Below are positions 8,900-16,444 of a stretch of DNA of 28,430 nucleotides, in pieces (the first letter of the stretch is position 1; each line of letters starts with the position of its first letter). The stretch lies in assembly GCA_027340875.1 (NCBI GenBank), contig DAIENX010000031.1, forward strand, positions 1-28,430, given 5' to 3'. This stretch comes from Elusimicrobiota bacterium (lineage in GTDB: Bacteria > Elusimicrobiota > Elusimicrobia > Elusimicrobiales > UBA9959). A program made the translations under genes and the position numbers. The notes beneath the pieces were generated by a model. That model searched no databases. It was not told where the DNA came from and saw only the letters and a program-made list of their open reading frames with translations.

Positions 8900-10020
8900 A
8901 ATTCGAGACAGCGCTCATACACGCGGGGCAGGAACCCGACGCGCAGACAGGCTCGGTCAACGTGCCGGTATACCAGACCTCGACCTACAAGCAGGACGGG
9001 ATCGGCCGGGACCGCGGCTGGGAATATTCCCGGACCGGCAACCCGACGAGAAAGGCCCTGGAGGAATGCATCGCCGCGCTCGAGCACGTGAAGTTCGGTC
9101 TCGCCTTCGCCTCCGGCCTCGCGGCCGAGACCGCCGTGCTGGGCGGGCTGCTGAAGGCCGGCGACCACGTCGTGGCCGGCGACGATCTCTACGGCGGCAC
9201 CTACCGGCTTTTCGAGAAGGTCTTCCGCAAATGGGGCCTGGAGATATCGTACGCGGATTCCAGGGACCCCGTCTCGTTCCGGAAGGCCATGCGCCGGAAT
9301 ACGCGTCTTATCTGGGCCGAGACCCCCACCAACCCGCTGCTGAACATCACCGACATAGCCGCCGTCGCGGAGATAGCGCACAAAGGCAAGGCGCTGCTCG
9401 CGGTGGACAATACTTTCGCCACGCCCTTCTTCCAGCGGCCCGCGGAGCTCGGCGCGGACATCGTCGTGCACAGCTCCACCAAGTACCTGGGCGGCCACAG
9501 CGACGTGATAGGAGGCCTGCTGGCCATAAGGGACAGGGAAGTCTTCGAAACCGCGAAGTTCTACCAGAACGCCGCCGGCGGCGTTCCCGGCCCCTGGGAC
9601 GCCTGGCTGACCCTGCGCGGCATCAAGACGCTGGCCGTCCGCATGAAGGCCCACGAGAGCAACGCCTTCGCGCTGGCCGGCTTTCTCCGCGGCCACCCGA
9701 AAGTCTCGAAGGTCTACTACCCAGGCCTGGAGGAACATCCTGGCTACACGCTGGCTTCGGAACAGATGGACGGCTTCGGCGGCATGGTAAGCTTCGAGCT
9801 GAAGGGCGGCAGGGCCGCGGCCGACCGCTTTTTCAGGAAGCTCAAGGTGTTTTCCCTGGCCGAGAGCCTCGGGGGCGTGGAGTCCCTGGCCTGCTACCCG
9901 GCGGCGATGACGCACGCCTCCATACCGGAAAAGGTGCGGGTCAGCCGCGGCATCACCGCCGGCCTGGTCCGCCTGTCCGCCGGCATAGAGAACTCTGAAG
10001 ACCTGCTGCACGACGTGTAG
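8896..10020 (+). CDS. Cystathionine gamma-lyase/gamma-synthase (Cys/Met metabolism PLP enzyme); ends at TAG, apparent natural end at 10035
   Basis: ATG 8896 overlaps the CBS stop; YSRTGNPT, FASGLAA, DDLYGGT, ETPTNP, DNTF, HSSTKYLGGHSD (PLP Lys), AESLGGVESL, LVRLSAGIE. Confidence 0.93.
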   Translation: MKFETALIHAGQEPDAQTGSVNVPVYQTSTYKQDGIGRDRGWEYSRTGNPTRKALEECIAALEHVKFGLAFASGLAAETAVLGGLLKAGDHVVAGDDLYGGTYRLFEKVFRKWGLEISYADSRDPVSFRKAMRRNTRLIWAETPTNPLLNITDIAAVAEIAHKGKALLAVDNTFATPFFQRPAELGADIVVHSSTKYLGGHSDVIGGLLAIRDREVFETAKFYQNAAGGVPGPWDAWLTLRGIKTLAVRMKAHESNAFALAGFLRGHPKVSKVYYPGLEEHPGYTLASEQMDGFGGMVSFELKGGRAAADRFFRKLKVFSLAESLGGVESLACYPAAMTHASIPEKVRVSRGITAGLVRLSAGIENSEDLLHDV

Positions 10021-10036
10021 GAGGCGCTGGACTGAC

Positions 10037-11140
10037 ATGACGCTGACGAAAGAGGAACTGGTCCGCTATTCGCGGCAGCTGGTGGTCCCGGAGGTCGGTC
10101 CGGAAGGCCAGCTCAGACTCAAATCCGCCAAGGTCGCGGTCGTCGGCGCCGGAGGGCTGGGCAGCATGGTGCTGGCCTGCCTGGCAGGAGCCGGAGTAGG
10201 AGAACTGGGGATACTCGACTTCGGACCCGTCGAGCTGTCGAACCTCCACCGTCAGTTCACCTACGGCATTCGCGACGTGGGCGGGCTGAAGACGGAGCTC
10301 GCCGCCGCGCGCCTGCGGGAGATAAATCCAGGCGTCGGAGTAAAGGTCCGGGAAGCGCTGCTCACCGGGAAGAACGCTGCCGCGCTTCTCGCGGGCTACG
10401 ACTTTATAGCCGACTGCACCGATAACTACCCGACGCGGTCCGCGATAAACCGCGCCTGCCTGGAGCTGGGCAAGACCTATGTACACGGCGCCGTCTACCG
10501 GATGGAAGGCCAGCTTACGGTCTTCGAGCCGGGGCGGGGGCCCTGCCTCGGCTGTCTGAGCCCGGGACAGGGCGAAGCGGACGCGCAGGCCTGCGCGGAG
10601 GCCGGCGTTCTCGGACCGGCCGCCGCGGCCATCGGGGCCATGCAGGCGTTGGAGATCATCAAGCTGATCCTCGGCATGGAGACGCTGAAGGGACGCTTCG
10701 CGATGCTGGACTTCCGCCTCTCCCGCTTCAACGTGGCAGAGCTGCCCCGCTGGGAGGACTGTCCGGTCTGCGGAAAAAAAGCCTCCTCCGGCGCGGGCCC
10801 GGGCCCGGCCGCGCCCCCGCCGCGCCTCATCACGCCCGAGGAACTGCGCCGCAGGCTTTCCTCCGGCGAGCCTCCGCGGCTCCTGGACCTGCGCTTCGAC
10901 TGGGAACACGGCCTGGCCCATATCCCCGGAGACGAGCTCGCGGATTACGGAGAGCTGCTGAGGACCGGCGGTGCCGGCCTGTTCCCTGAAAAGGAACTGG
11001 TCCTTTACTGCAAGGGTCAGAGCAAGTCCACGGCCGCCTGGCGGGCGCTCAAGGCTAAAGGTTTCGAAAAGGTCTTCGTGCTCGAAGGCGGCATCGACGC
11101 CTGGGCGGCGAGGATAGACAGGAAGATGGTAAGGTACTGA
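10037..11140 (+). CDS. MoeB/ThiF adenylyltransferase fused to rhodanese domain (MoeZ-like)
   Basis: RYSRQL, GAGGLGS, SNLHRQ, DNYPTR, CLGC and CPVC Zn motifs, CAEAGVLG; rhodanese LVLYCKGQSKS...LEGGIDAW. Confidence 0.92.
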   Translation: MTLTKEELVRYSRQLVVPEVGPEGQLRLKSAKVAVVGAGGLGSMVLACLAGAGVGELGILDFGPVELSNLHRQFTYGIRDVGGLKTELAAARLREINPGVGVKVREALLTGKNAAALLAGYDFIADCTDNYPTRSAINRACLELGKTYVHGAVYRMEGQLTVFEPGRGPCLGCLSPGQGEADAQACAEAGVLGPAAAAIGAMQALEIIKLILGMETLKGRFAMLDFRLSRFNVAELPRWEDCPVCGKKASSGAGPGPAAPPPRLITPEELRRRLSSGEPPRLLDLRFDWEHGLAHIPGDELADYGELLRTGGAGLFPEKELVLYCKGQSKSTAAWRALKAKGFEKVFVLEGGIDAWAARIDRKMVRY

Positions 11141-11155
11141 CGGGAGGGAATAGCC

Positions 11156-11698
11156 ATGAAGATGATAACAATGACGATAGCGCTGATGCTGCCGCTGCTG
11201 GCGGCCACGGCCGCGACGGCCGGCGAAAAGAGCGGGGAGGCGCACTCCGGAGCCGCTCATGCCATGCATATGAAGGACGGAAAGATGATGGCGGCCAGAG
11301 TGAAGATGCGCAAGGTCGGGAAGGACGAGATAGGAAAGCAGGCCGTCTGCCCGGTCACCGGTGAGAAGCTCACGGTGGAAGCGAAGACCGTATCGGCTTC
11401 GTACAAAGGACATATCTACTACTTCTGCTGCCCCGGCTGCGACAAGACGTTCGCCAAGGACCCGGAGAAATATGCCGTCAAGGAGAGCTCCTCCGCCAGG
11501 TACGTATGCCCCATGGGGGACTACGAGGGCGACAAGCCCGGCAAATGCCCGAAATGCGGCATGAACCTGGTGGAGAAGAACGCGGAGAAGAAACGGGAGC
11601 AGGCGCACAAGAGATACGTCTGCCCCATGGGGGACTACGAAGGCGACAAGCCCGGCAAATGTCCGAAATGCGGCATGAACCTGGTGGAGAAGAAGTAA
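11156..11698 (+). CDS. Secreted YHS-domain protein with two heavy-metal-binding repeats
   Basis: Signal peptide; His/Met-rich linker; YHS CPVTG...YKGHIYYFCCPGCDKTFAKDPEKY; two YVCPMGDYEGDKPGKCPKCGMNLVEK repeats. Confidence 0.88.
   Translation: MKMITMTIALMLPLLAATAATAGEKSGEAHSGAAHAMHMKDGKMMAARVKMRKVGKDEIGKQAVCPVTGEKLTVEAKTVSASYKGHIYYFCCPGCDKTFAKDPEKYAVKESSSARYVCPMGDYEGDKPGKCPKCGMNLVEKNAEKKREQAHKRYVCPMGDYEGDKPGKCPKCGMNLVEKK
11498..11692 (+). repeat. Two 81-nt direct repeats encoding an identical 27-aa metal-binding motif (11498-11578, 11612-11692); third copy at 12385-12450
   Basis: Direct alignment shows 4 differences between copies 1 and 2, all synonymous. Confidence 0.95.
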
Positions 11699-11705
11699 AG
11701 GCTCA

Positions 11706-11785
11706 CGGCCGGGCTCCCGAAAGGCGGGCCGTCCCTGCATCAGGGCGGCCCGCTTCGTCTGCCGGCGGCGGGGACAGCCCGGCCG
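11706..11785. other. Long nested hairpin after the YHS gene
   Basis: Outer CGGCCGGGCT (11706-11715) pairs with AGCCCGGCCG (11776-11785); inner GCGGGCCGTCCCTG-CAT-CAGGGCGGCCCGC. Confidence 0.7.
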
Positions 11786-11801
11786 ATAAAATTTATATAA
11801 T
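11786..11801 (+). promoter_or_regulatory. Putative sigma-70 -10 element for the 11869 gene
   Basis: Perfect TATAAT at 11796-11801 within an AT-rich patch; no clear -35. Confidence 0.45.
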
Positions 11802-11868
11802 TACTGAGGCAAGAGGCCGCCTCGAATGACGGCGTCGGCTTGAATGCATGTTTTTTAAGGAGAGTCCA

Positions 11869-12471
11869 ATGAACAAGATCCTCATGTCCGCTGCTGTTAT
11901 CCTGGCCCTGGGGGCCTCCGCGGCCTACTCAGGCGACTGCCCGATGAACGGCAAGGCCGCCCAGCAGAAGCCCGCCGCGGCAAAGCACAAATGCGACGAC
12001 TGCGACATGCACAAGAAAGCCGGCGCCAAGAAATGCGCCGGCATGACCTGCCCGGAGAAGCTAGACGGGGCCAAGACCTCCGCGAAGAACATCGAGAACG
12101 GCGTGGAGATCACCGTGACCTCCTCCAGCCCCGAAGTAGCCGAGCACATCCAGGAACTCGCCCTCGTCCACTACAACCCCAAGGCCGAGAAGTGCCAGGA
12201 CTGTCCCACCGCCGTCCCGGGCGCCAAGACCGACGTGCAGAACACCTCGGACGGCATAAAAGTGACCGTTACCGGCAAGGACCCCGTCACCGTGCGCAAG
12301 ATCCAGGAAGCCTCGGCCAAGGAGCACCCGACCGCCGAAGCCTTGAAGCCCGCGAAAGCGGCCAAGAAAGTGGCGATGGTCCACAGGTACGTCTGCCCGA
12401 TGGGCGACTACGAGGGCGACAAGCCAGGCAAATGCCCCAAGTGCGGCATGCAGCTGAAGGAGAAGAACTGA
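11869..12471 (+). CDS. Secreted Cys-rich protein with internal duplication and C-terminal heavy-metal-binding domain
   Basis: AAGGAGA RBS before ATG 11869; signal peptide; CDDCDMH; two CP..GAKT..N..G..TVT..P...IQE repeats; C-terminal YVCPMGDYEGDKPGKCPKCGM. Confidence 0.82.
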   Translation: MNKILMSAAVILALGASAAYSGDCPMNGKAAQQKPAAAKHKCDDCDMHKKAGAKKCAGMTCPEKLDGAKTSAKNIENGVEITVTSSSPEVAEHIQELALVHYNPKAEKCQDCPTAVPGAKTDVQNTSDGIKVTVTGKDPVTVRKIQEASAKEHPTAEALKPAKAAKKVAMVHRYVCPMGDYEGDKPGKCPKCGMQLKEKN

Positions 12472-12472
12472 C

Positions 12473-13141
12473 ATGGTAACCACCGGGATACTCAAACAGA
12501 TATCTTTCTTCAGCGGCCTCGGCTCGGCGGACCTCAACAAGGTGCTCTCCATAGCCGGGGTCAAGAAGTACACGGCGGGCCAGATGGTCTTCGCCAAGCA
12601 GGACCTGGGCAATAATTTCTTCATCGTGAAGTCCGGCCGCATCAAGATCTTCACCACCGTAGGCGGCAAGCGCAAGATCTTCGCTTTCCTGAAGAAGGGG
12701 GAGTTCTTCGGCGAGATGTCCCTTCTTGGCGGCCGGGTGCGCTCGGCCTCGGCGCAGGCCGTGGCCGACAGCGAGCTCTTCGTCATCTCCAAGAAGAACT
12801 TCAGGCGCCTGGTCTGCGAGAACCCCGAGTTCTCGCTCAAACTGCTGCAGACGCTCGCCGAGAGGCTTTCCAAGGCCAACCGGGACGTGGAGTCAATGCT
12901 GTTCCACAACATCCTCGGCCGCCTGGCGGAGGCCATCCTGGACCTCTCGCGCGACACGCGCACGAAACCGGTCAAGATGGCCATAGATCAGAACGAGCTG
13001 GCGCAGTACCTGGGCACCACGCGCGTGCCGGTCTGCCGCGCCATCAACACCCTCAAGCGCAGCGGCGTCATAGACTACCGCCGCGGCGAGCTGGTGGTCC
13101 TGAACCAGGCCCGCCTCAAATCGATGGCAGGGGAGTCCTGA
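12473..13141 (+). CDS. Crp/Fnr family transcriptional regulator
   Basis: cNMP-binding motifs FFIVKSGRIKI, GEFFGEMSLL, RSASAQA; C-terminal HTH QNELAQYLGTTRVPVCRAINTLK. Confidence 0.92.
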   Translation: MVTTGILKQISFFSGLGSADLNKVLSIAGVKKYTAGQMVFAKQDLGNNFFIVKSGRIKIFTTVGGKRKIFAFLKKGEFFGEMSLLGGRVRSASAQAVADSELFVISKKNFRRLVCENPEFSLKLLQTLAERLSKANRDVESMLFHNILGRLAEAILDLSRDTRTKPVKMAIDQNELAQYLGTTRVPVCRAINTLKRSGVIDYRRGELVVLNQARLKSMAGES

Positions 13142-14403
13142 TGGCCGTCCACTCCCTGCGGGGCTTCCGCGACCTGCTGCCGCCCGACTCCACGCTCTTC
13201 ACCACGATAGAGGCGGCGGCCCGAGAGGTCTTCGCGCTCTACGGCTACAGGGAACTGCGCGTCCCGACCATAGAGTCCAAGGAGCTTTTCGTCAAATCCA
13301 CGGGGGAGACCACCGACATAGTCGAGAAGGAGATGTACGCCTTCACCGACGGAGGCGGGCGCGAGGTCGCCGTGAGACCGGAAGGCACCCCCGGGGTCGT
13401 GCGCGCCTACATCGAGCAGAACCTGTCCCAGAGCGGCCGCAACGCGAAGTTCTATTACATCGGAAACATGTTCCGCGCCGAACGGCCGCAGGCCGGGCGC
13501 TTCAGGGAGTTCGAGCAGGTAGGGGCGGAGTACATCGGCAACGCCTCGCCCTTCGCCGACGCCGAGACCATCGTCATGCTGCTGAAGTTCCTGGAGAAGG
13601 CCGGCCTGCCCGGCTGCTCCGTGGACCTGAATTCCCTCGGCTGCGCGGAATGCCGCAAGAACTACCGGCAGACCCTGCTGGCCTACCTGCGCGGCTGCTC
13701 GGAGAAACTGTGCGAGCCGTGCCGCGGCCGCATAGAGCGCAACCCTCTCCGGGCCCTCGACTGCAAGATAGACGGCCCCTGGCTGGCCGAGACCGCGCCC
13801 AAGCTCACGCTCTGCCCGGACTGCGCCGCCCATTTCACGCGCGTCCAGGATCTGCTGAAGCTCTCCGGAGTAAAGTTCAGCGTCAACCCGGGCCTCGTGC
13901 GCGGCCTGGATTATTACACCCGCACTGTTTTCGAGGTCCGCAGCTCCGCGCTGGGCAGCCAGGACGCCGTCTGCGGCGGGGGCCGCTACGACGACCTCGT
14001 GAAGTCCATGGGCGGCCCGGCCGCGCCGGCCATAGGCTGGGCGCTCGGAGTGGACCGGCTGGCCATGCTGCTGAAGGACAAGCACGCGCTGGACGATTCG
14101 CCAAAAGCCTTCGTGATCGCCGCGGCCAAGGAGGCGGGGGATAAGGCCTTCGGGCTCCTTTCGGCCCTGCGCGCCGCCGGGCTGACCGCCGACTTCTCCA
14201 ATTTCGAGCTTAGCCTCAAGTCGCAGATGCGCTCCGCCGACAAGAGCGGCGCCTCCTTCGCCCTGCTGCTCGGCGAGGACGAGCTCAAGGCCGGGACGGT
14301 GACATTAAAACCCCTTAAAGAGAAAGGCGAGCAGGCCACCATCCCGTTCGCGGAAGCGCCTGACCGTGTTCGCAAGTCGCTGTATCGCGTTATACGCGAT
14401 TGA
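13141..14403 (+). CDS. hisS: Histidine--tRNA ligase
   Basis: RGFRDLLP, TDIVEKEMY, RPEGT, FRAERPQAGRFREF, LVRGLDYYT, GGGRYDDL. Confidence 0.98.
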   Translation: MAVHSLRGFRDLLPPDSTLFTTIEAAAREVFALYGYRELRVPTIESKELFVKSTGETTDIVEKEMYAFTDGGGREVAVRPEGTPGVVRAYIEQNLSQSGRNAKFYYIGNMFRAERPQAGRFREFEQVGAEYIGNASPFADAETIVMLLKFLEKAGLPGCSVDLNSLGCAECRKNYRQTLLAYLRGCSEKLCEPCRGRIERNPLRALDCKIDGPWLAETAPKLTLCPDCAAHFTRVQDLLKLSGVKFSVNPGLVRGLDYYTRTVFEVRSSALGSQDAVCGGGRYDDLVKSMGGPAAPAIGWALGVDRLAMLLKDKHALDDSPKAFVIAAAKEAGDKAFGLLSALRAAGLTADFSNFELSLKSQMRSADKSGASFALLLGEDELKAGTVTLKPLKEKGEQATIPFAEAPDRVRKSLYRVIRD

Positions 14404-14413
14404 TCACTTTTGG

Positions 14414-14618
14414 CGGCCGGGGCCTAGCCTCGAGCGCCCTTTGCGGAAGGGGGGTCCCCGCCATAATTTCCGAAAGGCGGGGGGAAACCGACGCAAGGGT
14501 TTCCATCTTCCAGGGCGGGCGAGGCTAGGCCCCGGTCGACCCGAAACGGAACTGGAACCGCGCAACGGTTCCCTTGCAGTATGGCGGGAGCGCGGAATCG
14601 CGGGCCGGATGGCCATAC
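14414..14618 (+). ncRNA. Candidate structured RNA or MITE-like element in the hisS-aspS spacer
   Basis: 19-bp closing stem (14414-14432/14520-14538) topped by a branched junction, plus two further hairpins. No family recognised. Confidence 0.45.
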
Positions 14619-14656
14619 CAACGCTATAGCAGAACAAATCTTTGGAAGCCGATACA

Positions 14657-16444
14657 ATGATACAGACCATGACCAACAACCCTTCAAAAGCCACCGCCCT
14701 CCGCACCCACACCTGCGGGGAGCTCAACGCCTCCAACGCCGGACAGACCGTCACGCTCTGCGGCTGGAACGACTCCAAGCGCAACCACGGAGGAGTCCTC
14801 TTCATCAACCTGCGCGACCTCTACGGCGTCACGCAGGTAGTCGTCGCCCCGGACAATCCCGTCTTCAAGACCGCGGAGGAAGCCAAGAGCGAGTACGCGC
14901 TGCGCGTCACCGGCAAGGTGCGGCTCCGCCCCGGCGCCAACGCCAACAAGAGCATGCCTACCGGCGAGGTAGAGCTGGAAGCCTCGGCGATAGAGGTCCT
15001 CAACGTCTCACAGCCGCTGCCTTTCGACCTCGGCGAGCACGCGGGCGTCTCCGAGGAGACCCGCCTCAAGTACCGTTTCCTCGACCTGCGCAGACCGAAG
15101 ATGGCCAAGAACCTCGTGCTTCGCAGCCGCCTCTCGCAGATCATCCGCGACTACCTCTACGGCCTGGACTTCAACGAGATAGAGACCCCGATGCTCACCC
15201 GCTCCACCCCGGAGGGCGCGCGGGACTTCGTGGTCCCGTCCCGCAACAGCCCCGGCGAGTTCTACGCTCTGCCGCAGTCGCCTCAGCAGTTCAAGCAGGT
15301 GCTGATGATGAGCGGCATGGACCGCTACTTCCAGCTCGCCCGCAATTTCCGCGACGAGGAGCTCCGCGCCGACCGCCAGCCCGAGCACACGCAGGTAGAC
15401 CTGGAGATGTCCTTCGTGGACGAACAGGACGTGGCCAAAGTGGTAGAGGGCATGATGAAGGCCGTTTTCACCGGCCTGGGCGAGGAGATAGCCGCGCCGT
15501 TCCCGGAGATGGAGTTCTCCGACGTGATGCTCAGGTACGGCTCCGACAAGCCCGACCTGCGCTACGCGCTGGAGATCAAGGACTGCTCCGACGTCTTCAA
15601 GACCTCGGCCTTCAAGGTGTTCTCGGACGCGCTGGCCGAGGGGGGCGTCGTACGCGCGATAAAGGGCGAAGGCGGGGCCGCCTTCAGCCGCGGCGACATG
15701 GACAAGCTCACCGAGCTCGTGAAGAAGCTGGGAGCCAAGGGCCTCGTCTGGCTGCGCTTCAAGGACGGCAAGTGGGAATCCCCTACGCTCAAGTTCATTT
15801 CCGACTCCGAGCAGGCGTCGCTGAAAGAACGCATGGAAGCAAAGGACGGGGACGCCGTCTTCATCGCCGCCGACAAGGCCGCGGTGGCCGCGCCCTGCCT
15901 AGGCGCGCTGCGCAACGAACTGATAGCCCGCCTCGAGCCCGCCAAGCTCAAGAAATGGGCCTTCCTCTGGGTCCGCCACTTCCCGCTGCTCGAGAAGGAC
16001 GCCGAGTCCGGCAACTGGACCTTCACGCACAACCCCTTCACCGCGCCGCTGCCCGAAGAGGCGCATAAGCTGGATACCGACCCCGGCAACGTCCGCTCCT
16101 GCCAGTACGACCTGGTGCTCAACGGCGTGGAACTGGGCTCCGGCTCCGTCCGCAACCACAGCCGAGCCATGCAGGAGAAGATCTTCGGCCTGATGGGCTA
16201 CGACAAGGAAGCCGTGCAGCGCCGCTTCGGCATGATAGTCAACGCGCTCGACTACGGCGCACCGCCTCACGGCGGCATCGGCATCGGCTACGACCGACTG
16301 GTAGGCATCATCTGCGGCACGGACTCCATCCGCGACGTGATAGCCTTCCCCAAGACCACCAGCGGCTCCTGCCCGATGAGCGAGGCCCCTTCCCCGATAG
16401 ACGAGAAGCAGCTCAAGGAACTGCATCTTAAAATAGCGGAATAA
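14657..16444 (+). CDS. aspS: Aspartate--tRNA ligase (start may be ATG 14669)
   Basis: RTHTCGEL, GGVLFINLRD, RLKYRFLDLRR, TPEGARDF, LPQSPQQFKQ, FRDEELRADRQPE, YGSDKPDLR, GAPPHGG. Confidence 0.98.
   Translation: MIQTMTNNPSKATALRTHTCGELNASNAGQTVTLCGWNDSKRNHGGVLFINLRDLYGVTQVVVAPDNPVFKTAEEAKSEYALRVTGKVRLRPGANANKSMPTGEVELEASAIEVLNVSQPLPFDLGEHAGVSEETRLKYRFLDLRRPKMAKNLVLRSRLSQIIRDYLYGLDFNEIETPMLTRSTPEGARDFVVPSRNSPGEFYALPQSPQQFKQVLMMSGMDRYFQLARNFRDEELRADRQPEHTQVDLEMSFVDEQDVAKVVEGMMKAVFTGLGEEIAAPFPEMEFSDVMLRYGSDKPDLRYALEIKDCSDVFKTSAFKVFSDALAEGGVVRAIKGEGGAAFSRGDMDKLTELVKKLGAKGLVWLRFKDGKWESPTLKFISDSEQASLKERMEAKDGDAVFIAADKAAVAAPCLGALRNELIARLEPAKLKKWAFLWVRHFPLLEKDAESGNWTFTHNPFTAPLPEEAHKLDTDPGNVRSCQYDLVLNGVELGSGSVRNHSRAMQEKIFGLMGYDKEAVQRRFGMIVNALDYGAPPHGGIGIGYDRLVGIICGTDSIRDVIAFPKTTSGSCPMSEAPSPIDEKQLKELHLKIAE

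Noticed and set aside
10018..10020. Genome-wide TAG recoding or pyrrolysine
   Set aside because: No pyl genes in the window, and TAG ends the sigma (927-929) and FecR (27716-27718) genes at plausible positions; only this one site looks premature.
11498..12450. CRISPR-like or mobile repeat array
   Set aside because: Repeats are in-frame protein domains with synonymous variation; no CRISPR array, cas, transposase or integrase gene is seen in the window.
13640..13825. Cys clusters (CAEC, CEPC, CPDC) in HisRS
   Set aside because: A common feature of the insertion domain in many bacterial HisRS proteins; not unusual.
14404..14656. T-box leader, 6S, SRP, RNase P or group II intron remnant in the hisS-aspS spacer
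   Set aside because: No T-box GGTGGNACCGCG, RNase P GAGGAAAGTCC, SRP core or domain V signature found on either strand by eye; the element is kept as unknown.
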